Of a stretch of 64,000 bases of DNA, positions 1 to 9,524 are shown piece after piece; position 1 is the stretch's first letter; each line of letters starts with the position of its first letter. Source of the DNA: Fidelibacterota bacterium. GTDB lineage: Bacteria > Fidelibacterota > JAANXI01. Location: positions 92,332 to 156,331 of the forward strand of contig JAIPJS010000003.1 in the NCBI GenBank assembly GCA_021734025.1. The letters are read 5' to 3'. The translations under genes were made by a program, and so were the position numbers. Below the pieces are notes generated by a model, which saw only the letters and a program-made list of their open reading frames with translations, did no database searches and was not told the origin of the DNA.

Positions 1-139
1 CGCCGCGGAACTCATCTTCAAGTTGCCATCCGTTGTATGCGTCAATCGGACGGACGTCAATAATCCAGGTATCGTCTGATGAAATGAGTTGGCGCATTGC
101 TCTGGTTGATAACGTGTTGCTACCTGTATCCGGATCCAT
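1..139 (-). CDS. Rhodanese-domain sulfurtransferase, N-terminal part (runs off window)
   Basis: Manual translation from ATG at 139: MDPDTGSNTLSTRAMRQLISSDDTWIIDVRPIDAYNGWQLEDEFRG; IIDVR..AYNG..RG(GHIPGA) is the rhodanese N-terminal motif. Confidence 0.75.
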   Translation of the reverse strand, partial: MDPDTGSNTLSTRAMRQLISSDDTWIIDVRPIDAYNGWQLEDEFRG

Positions 140-377
140 AGAAATGAAAACCTCGTCGTGTTTATTATTAAAAGCCCGTAACTATTAAAACCATCAAAAT
201 AAAAATTTAGAGACTCCAAGGACAACATGCACTGGATAATAGTTCAGCACTTCACCCAGGTCATGCCCGTTATCACGATCCGTGGCATAATGTACCCTGA
301 GGATGACATCTCCGGCGAATTTCCTTACATTCTCTTTGACGTGAAGACCAACAATAATACTGGCCGGAGATAGACTG

Positions 378-728
378 ATGACCTACGTAATTGGCTCGCC
401 GTGCGTGGCGGTATGTGACACCTCCTGCGTGGAGGTTTGTCCGGTAGACTGCATTTATGCGCCGATTCCAATCGATGAAATACACGAAAAGCAGATAGAG
501 TCGGGAACACCGGTCGGCGAGCAAGTGGAAAAATTGCAAGGCATTCAGCTGTATATTCATCCCGATGAATGCATTGACTGTGCGGCGTGTGAGCCGGAGT
601 GCCCGGTGGATGCTATCCGTGCGGAGGGCGCGTCCCATGAAGAATACAACGTGGAGAAATATCTGCAGATAAACATTGATTTTTTCGAAGAGGGGAACGA
701 TGCATACAATTCCACGGGCAAATATTGA
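378..728 (+). CDS. Dicluster (7Fe/8Fe) ferredoxin, FdxA-like, with ~25 aa insertion
   Basis: [18 protein letters not shown] and [17 protein letters not shown] motifs; SD GGAGA upstream. Confidence 0.93.
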   Translation: MTYVIGSPCVAVCDTSCVEVCPVDCIYAPIPIDEIHEKQIESGTPVGEQVEKLQGIQLYIHPDECIDCAACEPECPVDAIRAEGASHEEYNVEKYLQINIDFFEEGNDAYNSTGKY

Positions 729-906
729 GAAAATAGTGATTATGTATTTGTGTATTCCGGTATTAGTGTAACATTTTTCGTTTCCACCCCATAACAGATT
801 TGGGTATGACCAATAAGTCAGGGACGATTGTAGTTGCCCGATTTGTTTTCATAAGTGAAACCTGCTTATTAGCTTCTAGAGCCAAATGGGGAAATTATGT
901 GATATA

Positions 907-1626
907 ATGAGATTGCTACCTACCTATATTTTGTCAGTTTTACTTCTCGTAACCTGTCTCCCAGATGGGCTTCCCGGGCAAATAACTGATTACAGAGATG
1001 ATTTTCACTCCCTGGAGCACTGGAAGCATTACAAATTTCCAAATGTTGATCGGGCGACTCAATACGAGATCACCGTGATGGGTAAAGATACCGTTCTTAA
1101 GACATCCAGCGACAATTCGGCATCATTGCTGCTGCTCCGGAAAACGTTTGAGGTGGATTCTTTCCCGGTACTGGAGTGGAAGTGGAAGGTCGAAAATATC
1201 TATGAAAAAGGGGATGAAATAACTAAGGCCGGTGACGACTACGCTCTGAGAATTTATGTGAATTTTAAGTACGATCCCAGCAAGGCATCACTGTGGGAGA
1301 GGACAAAATACAGTGTGGCGAGATCTGTCTTCGGGAAATACCCGCCGCATAGTGCCCTCAGCTATATCTGGGCGAACACCGAGCACGAAAAGCGAATCCT
1401 TCCGAACCCGTTCCAGGAGAAAGCGCAAATGGTCATTACCAGAGAAGGCGAATCAGGGGTAGGCGAGTGGCATACGGAACGGGTCAACATTCTGGCTGAT
1501 TATCGGGAGGCGTTCGGGGCGAAACCACCAGACATTGCATCGCTTGCAATTATGAATGACTCCGACGGCACCGGGGAGAGTTCGGTCTCTTACCTGGATT
1601 ATATCTTGCTGGAGCCAGCGGAGTGA
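907..1626 (+). CDS. DUF3047-family secreted protein
   Basis: Signal peptide; LEWKWKV, KAGDDYALRIYV, SYIWAN, IMNDSDGTG motifs typical of DUF3047. Confidence 0.8.
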   Translation: MRLLPTYILSVLLLVTCLPDGLPGQITDYRDDFHSLEHWKHYKFPNVDRATQYEITVMGKDTVLKTSSDNSASLLLLRKTFEVDSFPVLEWKWKVENIYEKGDEITKAGDDYALRIYVNFKYDPSKASLWERTKYSVARSVFGKYPPHSALSYIWANTEHEKRILPNPFQEKAQMVITREGESGVGEWHTERVNILADYREAFGAKPPDIASLAIMNDSDGTGESSVSYLDYILLEPAE

Positions 1627-1806
1627 GTCCGGGTGTCCCGTCATCTTAAAAACCATCCCGCCGTTATGGGGTGGATAACTAATTTTCAATGTGGGGAATT
1701 CAACGACACCCCGTTCCTGCCTGGAGGCGTGCACCGAACCCCGGCTATGATGCCAGGAGACCCATACAATTTTTAGTACTGACTTGGTGAAAGGAGGCTC
1801 CTTCTA

Positions 1807-2901
1807 ATGAAGGCAATCGCTGTTGCGCCAGGAGAAAAAAATTCCATACATCTCCGGGATATTCCAAAGCCTTCGATAAATGAAATTGCAGCCGGCTGTG
1901 GTGTATTGGTTAGGGTGTTGCGGGTCGGAGTGGACGCCACGGACAAGGAGATAAATGACGCAGAATACGGGGCGGCGCCCGAAGGGGACGACTACCTGAT
2001 CATTGGCCACGAATCGTTCGGCGTTGTCGAAGAAATCGGGGAAAACGTAGAAAGGTTCTCACCAGGTGACTATGTTGCAGCCACCGTTCGTCGTCCTGGT
2101 GATTCGCTGTACGATCGGATCGGATTATCGGATATGTCAAGTGATGAGGAATATTATGAACGAGGGATCAACCGCCTTCACGGATTTTTAGCAGAATATT
2201 TCGTGGAATCGGAGAACAATCTTGCCAAAGTGCCCGGAGCCTGCAGGGATGTCGGCGTATTGATGGAACCGACGAGTATCGTCGTGAAAGGCATCCGGCA
2301 GGCCTTCGAAATTCAGCGGAGAATGCAAATCTGGCAGCCGAAACGCGCTGCCGTAATGGGGACCGGTACACTCGGCCTGCTCGCCACTATGATACTGCGC
2401 CTCAGAGACATTGACGTGGTTGCGTTCGGGTTGGATCAGATGCCATATAAAAACGGGGAATTGGTAGAACAACTTGGTGGAAGGTATTTCAGCGTCAAAG
2501 ACAAAACGCTAGGGGAATCAAAAGAACAGTACGGGCCGTACGATCTCATCTTCGAAGCCACCGGAAACTCGGGAGTCGCGTTTGAGGCAACCGAACATCT
2601 CGGAAAGAACGGGGTCTTGATCCTCACCAGCATCACCGGCGGTGAGCGGAAAACCGAAATCCCGTCCGACAAGATTAACCTGGAATTTGTGTTGGGCAAC
2701 AAGGTGATGTTCGGCACAGTCAGTTCGAATCTGACTCATTTTCAGCTGGCCGCGAAAGACCTTTCGCACGCCGTATCTCAATTTCCGGGATGGTTGAACC
2801 AGCTGCTAACCCACCCAGTGAAAGGGCTGGAGGAGTACGAGACCATGATCCGGCTATTGGAATCCTCGAATGACGCAATCAAAATATTTGTGGAGGTCTA
2901 A
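1807..2901 (+). CDS. gdh: Zn-dependent glucose 1-dehydrogenase (MDR family, archaeal/haloarchaeal type)
   Basis: [27 protein letters not shown], GxGxxG (GTGTLG), VLGNK motifs; SD AAGGAGG. Confidence 0.85.
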   Translation: MKAIAVAPGEKNSIHLRDIPKPSINEIAAGCGVLVRVLRVGVDATDKEINDAEYGAAPEGDDYLIIGHESFGVVEEIGENVERFSPGDYVAATVRRPGDSLYDRIGLSDMSSDEEYYERGINRLHGFLAEYFVESENNLAKVPGACRDVGVLMEPTSIVVKGIRQAFEIQRRMQIWQPKRAAVMGTGTLGLLATMILRLRDIDVVAFGLDQMPYKNGELVEQLGGRYFSVKDKTLGESKEQYGPYDLIFEATGNSGVAFEATEHLGKNGVLILTSITGGERKTEIPSDKINLEFVLGNKVMFGTVSSNLTHFQLAAKDLSHAVSQFPGWLNQLLTHPVKGLEEYETMIRLLESSNDAIKIFVEV

Positions 2902-2934
2902 TGATGGTTAACGTGAGGAAAGGATGCTATTAAA

Positions 2935-4761
2935 ATGGTGTATCAGCCCATAGAGAATTATGGCGTGATCGGGGATACCCGAACGGTTGCGCTGGTGGGA
3001 ATGAACGGTTCCATTGATTGGTTTTGCTTCCCCGACTTCGATTCACCGAGCCTGTTCGCGAAGATACTGGACGATGAGAAAGGCGGATATTTTTCTATTG
3101 CGCCCGTCCGGGACGGGGTGACTCAAAAGCAACTTTACTGGCCGGATACCAACGTACTGGTGACCCGCTTTTTATCCCCGGATGGTGTGGCCGAGATAAT
3201 CGATTTTATGCCGATTAATGAGGAGGGAGTCAGCAATCAGGCCCGGTGTATTATCCGGCGGGTGGAGTTGGTCCGTGGGAGTATGGACCTTGAAATGCGC
3301 TGTTTCCCCGCGTTCGATTATGCCAGGGATCCACACGAGATCGCCTTCTCCAGGGACGGAGCTGCGTTTCATGCATCCGATTTGAGTGTAGGGCTTGCAA
3401 GTCCGCTAGAGATTAAGCAATCCGAAAACGGGGTGGTTGCGGAATTTACGCTCCGGGAAGGACAAAAAACTAACTTCATCCTGCGGGAAATTGAGCCAGA
3501 TGCCACCTGTGGATTTGCGCTCACCAGGGAGGAGGCGGATGCTGAATTCCAGGACACGGTTAAATACTGGCGAAACTGGATTGCCCAGTCCACCTATGAA
3601 GGGCGCTGGCAGGAGATGGTGGAACGCTCTGCACTTACGCTGAAACTGCTCACCTACGAGCCAACAGGTGCGATTGTCGCCGCTCCGACTACCAGTCTGC
3701 CAGAAGCAATTGGTGGCGAGCGTAACTGGGATTATCGGTATACCTGGATTAGAGATGCGGCATTTACGCTCTATGGTTTGTTGCGGATCGGATTTACTGA
3801 GGAGGCGGCCAATTTTATGAAATATATAGAAAGCCGGAGCCACGAACTGGAACCGGACGGCACCCTGCAGATCATGTACGGCATCGACGGGCGTCACCAG
3901 CTCACGGAAGAGACACTGGATCATCTCAAAGGATACCAGGGATCAACGCCGGTCCGCATCGGGAACGGCGCTTATGATCAGCTCCAGCTGGATATTTATG
4001 GTGAGTTGATGGACTCCGTCTACCTCTATAATAAATACGGCAGTCCCATATCGTATGATCTCTGGACTCATTTGCGGAAGATGATCAACTGGATTGCGGA
4101 TAACTGGAAACAGGAAGATGAGGGAATTTGGGAGACCAGAGGTGGACGAAAACACTTCGTCTTCTCCAAACTCATGTCCTGGGTAGCGCTGGATCGCGCA
4201 CTTCGGTTGGCCAACAAAAGGTCGTTTCCAGCGGACAGGAATAAATGGGAAAAAGTCCGGGATGAAATATATGAAGACATCATGGCAAAGGGCTGGAATG
4301 AGGAGCGAAAAGCTTTTGCCCAGAGCTACGGAAGTAATTCCCTGGATGCCTCTAACCTGATCATGCCCCTGGTGTTTTTTCTTTCACCAAACGATCCCCG
4401 GATGCTGCAGACACTGGACGCCATTAACAAACCGCCGGAAAAGGGAGGATTGGTATCCAACAGCCTGGTATATCGATATAATGTGAAAGAAGTCAATGAC
4501 GGACTCCGCGGCGAAGAAGGCACGTTTAATATATGCACATTCTGGCTGGTGGAGGCACTCACCCGTGCAGGGAAAACCGACAAGGACCGACTGGAGGAGG
4601 CCCGGCTTATTTTTGAGCGTATGCTTGGCTATTCCAACCATCTCGGATTATATGCGGAAGAGACGGGACCGTGCGGGGAAGCCCTGGGAAATTTCCCTCA
4701 GGCGTTTACCCACTTGTCCTTAATCAGCGCAGCATATAACCTGGACAGAACGCTTGAATAG
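2935..4761 (+). CDS. Glycoside hydrolase family 15 (trehalase/glucoamylase-like)
   Basis: [49 protein letters not shown] motifs. Confidence 0.93.
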   Translation: MVYQPIENYGVIGDTRTVALVGMNGSIDWFCFPDFDSPSLFAKILDDEKGGYFSIAPVRDGVTQKQLYWPDTNVLVTRFLSPDGVAEIIDFMPINEEGVSNQARCIIRRVELVRGSMDLEMRCFPAFDYARDPHEIAFSRDGAAFHASDLSVGLASPLEIKQSENGVVAEFTLREGQKTNFILREIEPDATCGFALTREEADAEFQDTVKYWRNWIAQSTYEGRWQEMVERSALTLKLLTYEPTGAIVAAPTTSLPEAIGGERNWDYRYTWIRDAAFTLYGLLRIGFTEEAANFMKYIESRSHELEPDGTLQIMYGIDGRHQLTEETLDHLKGYQGSTPVRIGNGAYDQLQLDIYGELMDSVYLYNKYGSPISYDLWTHLRKMINWIADNWKQEDEGIWETRGGRKHFVFSKLMSWVALDRALRLANKRSFPADRNKWEKVRDEIYEDIMAKGWNEERKAFAQSYGSNSLDASNLIMPLVFFLSPNDPRMLQTLDAINKPPEKGGLVSNSLVYRYNVKEVNDGLRGEEGTFNICTFWLVEALTRAGKTDKDRLEEARLIFERMLGYSNHLGLYAEETGPCGEALGNFPQAFTHLSLISAAYNLDRTLE

Positions 4762-4806
4762 TCCGAAGATTCCGCTACCTTGTAATTGTAGTAAGTAACC
4801 GCCCGA

Positions 4807-5082
4807 TCAGCGAAGTAAGGTCGCTTTTCTCATTGCAGAGTGGAGCACGGGGGATACCGGGTCGGAAATATCAAATTGCACACTCCCTCCCAGGCCACCT
4901 GGGACAATCATCAGGTTTTCCACAATCTCCACGCCCAGCAGTTCATAATTATTGACGTCTTTAGAACTCATCGCCCGAACAATTGACAGGTTCTGTGCCA
5001 TCATATTCGAGGTACAGATCGTCAAAATCAGGGAAAAGTTGGCTATTATCACAAACTGCTGGGGAGGTGGAAACCTTTTCAT
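4807..5082 (-). pseudogene. Truncated LVIVD-repeat secreted protein remnant
   Basis: Signal-like N-terminus then a single LVIVD-like unit (GGLGGSVQFDISDPVSPV) and an abrupt stop after 91 aa. Confidence 0.45.
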
Positions 5083-5094
5083 ACAGTATCATAC

Positions 5095-5643
5095 CTATTT
5101 ATCATTCGCAAAGACGTAGTCATCTCCGTCGGCCCCGGCATGGCAGGAAATACATCCCGAATCCATACCCTTGGCGACAGCACCGGCCAGTTTCATCCCC
5201 TTGGGATTGGTATCGAGCGTTCCATCCGGATTATATTTAACCCAATACCAGTCATAATTGTCGCTGTCATATCCCTTGAGACGCGCCATCACCGTGACCG
5301 GTCCCAGTTTTTCCGCATCTTTGGCCATATAGTTTTCTTTGATGATAATGGAACCGTAAGGAAATTCGTCCGTATTGCTTTTGGCCGTTTTATTCAGGTA
5401 GTACTTCAGGAATTTTCCGTGAGGACTGTTGCCCGGTTGAAATCCTTTGAGACCAGGATACTCCACCCAGGTGTCCTGATATCCCTCGATGGCAGACCAG
5501 AGCAATTTGGCCATCTGGACATCCTGCATAGTACCGAACGGCGCCTTTTTCATTTTCTCCGATTCGTGTGATTCTGATCGGGCACTGATAACAATAAAGA
5601 TTCCAACAAAAACCAGTGATAGAACAACAGCAAGTCGTTTCAT
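5095..5643 (-). CDS. Cytochrome P460 family protein
   Basis: Signal peptide; P.GS.IIKENY (cross-link Lys position), VTVMA, DWYWVKY, C-terminal CISCH heme motif, DYVF end. Confidence 0.8.
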   Translation of the reverse strand: MKRLAVVLSLVFVGIFIVISARSESHESEKMKKAPFGTMQDVQMAKLLWSAIEGYQDTWVEYPGLKGFQPGNSPHGKFLKYYLNKTAKSNTDEFPYGSIIIKENYMAKDAEKLGPVTVMARLKGYDSDNYDWYWVKYNPDGTLDTNPKGMKLAGAVAKGMDSGCISCHAGADGDDYVFANDK

Positions 5644-5673
5644 GGTTTCCTCCCTGGATGAGATTCACATTTG

Positions 5674-5701
5674 AATTATGCATTCTAAATTATGCATTCT
5701 A
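5674..5701. repeat. Perfect 14-bp tandem duplication AATTATGCATTCTA x2
   Basis: Read directly, between divergent P460 and cdr starts. Confidence 0.9.
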
Positions 5702-5887
5702 ATTGTAACCACGTCGCAGGTCGGGTTGTGTAATAAAGCCAACACTTATGGAGGAAATTTCCAGTATGCCCTGTGTTGAACAATTTGAAATCGGTTGGTA
5801 AGTTTACTTCAGCATGAAATTTTCAGACCAACTTCTTCGAGTAGTAACCCTGGTATTCCAATGATTTAAAAACGATCGGAGCACGCA

Positions 5888-7276
5888 ATGGCCCATGACA
5901 ACAGTAGGAGAATTTTAGTAATTGGCGGCGATGCGGCCGGAATGAGCTTCGCCAGTAAAATTAAACGTGAGCAACCGGAATGGCGAGTAACCGTGCTGGA
6001 GCGTGGCAACTATGTGTCCTATGCTGCGTGTGGGATTCCCTATTATGTATCCCGGGACGTTGAGAAACTGGAAAACTTACAGATTGTCACAGCCGACCAG
6101 TTCCGCAAAAAACGTGGGGTGGACGTCCGGATGGGGTGGGAGGCAATCTCCATTCATCGGGACGACAAATCCGTACGCGCACAGCACGTCGAATCCGGTG
6201 AGAAGGAAAATTTCCAATACGATACCCTGATGATTGCCACTGGCGCCGATCCGGTGAAGCCGCCAATCGATGGTTTGGATCTTGATGGGATTTTTTCCGT
6301 CCGGGACCTGAACGACGCCGATCGCATTCACACATTCATCGATGAGCAAAAGCCTGAAACCGCCGCGATTATCGGTGGAGGGTATATCGGCCTGGAGATG
6401 GCCGAAGCGCTCCGGTCCAGAGATCTGCAAGTATATCTGATCGAAATGCTGCCGCAGGTTTTGAATCCTATGGATAAACCGATCACGGAGAAAGTGATGG
6501 CGGAACTGGACCGGCATGAGGTCCGGACCCGGCTGAACACCAGGGTGAAGCCAATCCGGGGCGAAGGCGGAACCGTCAACACCATTGATATTGGCGAAAA
6601 TGACGAATCCCTTCCTGTCGAAATGATTATTCTGGGAACAGGTATCCGGCCCAATGCTGATCTTGCTGAACGCGCCGGTTTGGCAACCGGAGAATTCGGC
6701 GGCATAACCGTGGATGATCACCTGTTAACCGACGATCCGGATATCTACGCGGCCGGTGATTGCGTGGAGCAGCACCATCTGGTGAGTGGAAAGCCTGCAT
6801 ACGTTCCGCTGGGGCCGGCCGCGAACAAGCATGGGCGGATTGCTGCACTCCATCTCCTGGGTGAACCTGTTGCGTTTCCGGGGATAGTTGGTACAGCCGT
6901 AATGAAGGTATTTGATCTGACCGTATCCAGAACCGGATTAACGGAGTCCCAGGCTGAAGAAGCCGGATTTAACTATTTTAGCCAGACGGTGAAAAGCCGG
7001 GAACGGGCCGGTTACTACCCGGGCAGTGGAGAACTGACCATACATTTGGTGATCGAGCGCGAGTCAGGCCGATTACTCGGCGCCCAAATCGCCGGCGGAG
7101 AAACAGCTGCCAAGCGTATCGATCCGTATGCCGTGGCATTACACAATCAGATGCGAATCCAGGATATTGCGTTACTGGATTTGAGCTACGCACCACCGTA
7201 TTCCCCGGTGATAGACCCTGTCGGGCTGGCTGCTCAGGTTGCTTCAGGAAAAATGAATAAAATGCCGGGAACCTGA
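5888..7276 (+). CDS. cdr: CoA-disulfide reductase / NADH oxidase family flavoprotein
   Basis: GGDAAGMS, SYAACGIPY (single redox Cys), GGGYIGLE, YAAGDC, DLSYAPPYS. Confidence 0.88.
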   Translation: MAHDNSRRILVIGGDAAGMSFASKIKREQPEWRVTVLERGNYVSYAACGIPYYVSRDVEKLENLQIVTADQFRKKRGVDVRMGWEAISIHRDDKSVRAQHVESGEKENFQYDTLMIATGADPVKPPIDGLDLDGIFSVRDLNDADRIHTFIDEQKPETAAIIGGGYIGLEMAEALRSRDLQVYLIEMLPQVLNPMDKPITEKVMAELDRHEVRTRLNTRVKPIRGEGGTVNTIDIGENDESLPVEMIILGTGIRPNADLAERAGLATGEFGGITVDDHLLTDDPDIYAAGDCVEQHHLVSGKPAYVPLGPAANKHGRIAALHLLGEPVAFPGIVGTAVMKVFDLTVSRTGLTESQAEEAGFNYFSQTVKSRERAGYYPGSGELTIHLVIERESGRLLGAQIAGGETAAKRIDPYAVALHNQMRIQDIALLDLSYAPPYSPVIDPVGLAAQVASGKMNKMPGT

Positions 7277-7515
7277 AAGGGAACAGAGAATAATCAAGCG
7301 ATATGGAAAATTTGGAGCAAAGGTGTCTTTCGGAAGACCCTCATTGTACTTGTAGACATTTGAGATGAGATATGAACGAGTAAAACTGCAGAAATTTACG
7401 TATGATAAATTCCTGCTCGGTTTGTATATTCATGCGGAATGAAAAGAAACAACCCCGCACATAACAAACATATTGGTTATTATCGGGTTAACATGAAGAA
7501 TGTGGGAAGACATAT

Positions 7516-7983
7516 ATGACTCCAGAACAATTCTTGCAAATTGAAAGAACCGCCAGGCCAGATTTAGATGAGGACGGCACCGAGACTGCTGAATTATTCG
7601 ACGACACGGTCTCGAAATGGGGAAATGAGTGGCAGGAATACGGGAGTTTTCGGTTGACCACGGGAAAGCACGGTCTTGCGCTTCATTTTCAGTTACCCAC
7701 CGGGAAGCGTGAGGTGGCGATATTTTCACTTCGAGCTGAACACGAGCACGGAAATTTCAATCTGAAAGGCCCCGATGCCGATCGGGAACGCAGGAAGCTT
7801 TCAGATAGGGAGCTGGACCTCCTGGATAAAATGTACGATAACTGGCGTGCACTTCCGGATAATGAAGGACAGGGCACCAAGGCGATTACACTCGATTTTT
7901 CCAATACGTCTGAAGACGCCCTGAAAGATTACCTTGACGTCGCAATCACTACCGCCGAAAAATGGTTAAACGGACAAGAGTAA
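7516..7983 (+). CDS. Hypothetical acidic protein
   Basis: 155 aa ORF with natural composition and SD-like GGGAAG; no motif recognised. Confidence 0.7.
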   Translation: MTPEQFLQIERTARPDLDEDGTETAELFDDTVSKWGNEWQEYGSFRLTTGKHGLALHFQLPTGKREVAIFSLRAEHEHGNFNLKGPDADRERRKLSDRELDLLDKMYDNWRALPDNEGQGTKAITLDFSNTSEDALKDYLDVAITTAEKWLNGQE

Positions 7984-8052
7984 TCCTCAGGGCATTCACT
8001 GCAACAATTTGTTCAACTAAGTACCTATTACACTAGCTTTATGGATTATCCC

Positions 8053-8112
8053 TTGTGGTACATTTGAATATTCTCTACATTAATCGACATTAGAAAATGC
8101 GAATATTCTAAT
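8053..8112 (+). promoter_or_regulatory. Sigma70 promoter (TTGTGG-N17-TACATT) followed by ArsR/SmtB-type inverted-repeat operator ATTAGAA-N10-TTCTAAT (8089-8112)
   Basis: Spacing counted directly; imperfect 24-bp palindrome just upstream of the ArsR gene. Confidence 0.65.
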
Positions 8113-8128
8113 ATAATGATATAATTCG

Positions 8129-8410
8129 ATGCAAATTGACTATCAAAAAGAGTCTGAGATTTTGAAAGCGCTGTCAAACCCAATCAGACTGAAGATTATT
8201 GACGCCATCCGGGAGCGGGAGGTTTGTGTGAGTTCGCTGGAAGAAATTACCGGCGCGAGCCAATCCTGTGTCAGTCAACATCTGTCAGTGTTGCGAAACC
8301 TGGGGATGGTGGAGACTTCACGGAATGGAAATCTGATCTGCTATTCTTTGAACAATCGACTGGCAGAGCGGATAGTCAATAGCATCTATGAAGAATATAA
8401 ATCTGATTAA
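8129..8410 (+). CDS. ArsR/SmtB family transcriptional regulator
   Basis: LKALSNPIRLKI, EVCV, SQSCVSQHLSVLR, YSL winged-HTH pattern. Confidence 0.92.
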   Translation: MQIDYQKESEILKALSNPIRLKIIDAIREREVCVSSLEEITGASQSCVSQHLSVLRNLGMVETSRNGNLICYSLNNRLAERIVNSIYEEYKSD

Positions 8411-8438
8411 TTGCAAGTAACGAAGGAGGATTTATCCT

Positions 8439-8765
8439 ATGGCTGCAAATACTGTTGAACTAACGGATGATAATTTTCAGAATGAAGTGATGGAGTCGGA
8501 CGTTCCGGTACTGGTAGACTTTTGGGCTGACTGGTGCGCACCTTGTAAGGCGATAGCCCCCGCAGTGGAAGAGATCGCAAATGAGTACCAGGGAAAAGCC
8601 AAGGTCGGTAAACTGGATGTGGATAACAACCAGCAGACCGCGATGAATTACGGTATCCGGAGCATTCCGACGTTGCTGATTTTCAAAGACGGGGAAGTGG
8701 CCGAGCAGATTGTTGGCGCCGTACCAAAGAAGCAATTGAGTTCCAAACTGGACTCGGTTATCTAA
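8439..8765 (+). CDS. trxA: Thioredoxin
   Basis: VLVDFWADWCAPCK, SIPTL; SD GGAGG. Confidence 0.95.
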   Translation: MAANTVELTDDNFQNEVMESDVPVLVDFWADWCAPCKAIAPAVEEIANEYQGKAKVGKLDVDNNQQTAMNYGIRSIPTLLIFKDGEVAEQIVGAVPKKQLSSKLDSVI

Positions 8766-8796
8766 CCGTCCAAAACTGAGAACTCCTTAAATATAT

Positions 8797-8833
8797 GCGG
8801 AGGCTCTCCAATACCGGAGAGTCTCCGCTTTTT
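8797..8833 (+). terminator. Rho-independent terminator after trxA
   Basis: GCGGAGGCTCTCC-AATACC-GGAGAGTCTCCGC followed by TTTTT. Confidence 0.85.
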
Positions 8834-8846
8834 ATTACGAAATCTT

Positions 8847-9524
8847 ATGGAACCGACAGCACAGAACGTTGCTTGGGTGGATGAACGTCTGGCAGAGGAA
8901 TACGGAAGACAGGAGCAAAAGTCCCGGCCAGGTCCACTTGATGACCTGATAAAGACTATTCTCTCCCAGAATACTTCCGATGTAAATAGTCGACGGGCAT
9001 ATGCATCCCTGCGGGAACGATTTGATACCTGGGAAGATGTCCGGACGGTCGAAGCAGAGGAGATTGCTGAAGCCATTCGGAGTGGAGGGCTGGCAAATCA
9101 GAAGAGCCGTCGGATTCAACGAGTATTAAACTGGTTACATGAAAATTACGACTCTCTGGATATTGAATGGATTTGCCGTGAAGATCCGTATAAGATGATT
9201 GACCTGTTTACCGGTATAAAGGGGATTGGTGTCAAGACAATCTCCATAGTGCTCTGTTTTTCCTGCCATAAGAATATTTTCCCGGTGGATACCCATGTGA
9301 ACCGTGTCTGTAGGCGACTCGGATTATCACCGAAAAATGCTACGCCAACAAAGACGTTTTGGATTATGGACGACCTGGTGCCGGACGGAGAAGCCAGGAC
9401 ATTGCATCTCAATGTAATCCGGCACGGACGAACCGTCTGCACTGCCAGGAATCCCGGGTGTGAACAATGTGTATTGCTACCACAATGCAACTATGGAAAA
9501 GTACAAATGCAGGATAAATCATAG
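8847..9524 (+). CDS. nth: Endonuclease III (HhH-GPD, 4Fe-4S)
   Basis: ILSQNT, GIGVKT, FPVDTHV, C-x6-C-x2-C-x5-C cluster. Confidence 0.9.
   Translation: MEPTAQNVAWVDERLAEEYGRQEQKSRPGPLDDLIKTILSQNTSDVNSRRAYASLRERFDTWEDVRTVEAEEIAEAIRSGGLANQKSRRIQRVLNWLHENYDSLDIEWICREDPYKMIDLFTGIKGIGVKTISIVLCFSCHKNIFPVDTHVNRVCRRLGLSPKNATPTKTFWIMDDLVPDGEARTLHLNVIRHGRTVCTARNPGCEQCVLLPQCNYGKVQMQDKS

Noticed and set aside
7455-7495. attC-like ACATAAC ... GTTAAC before the orphan gene
   Set aside because: Too short, core sites are not complementary, and no integrase or other attC is present
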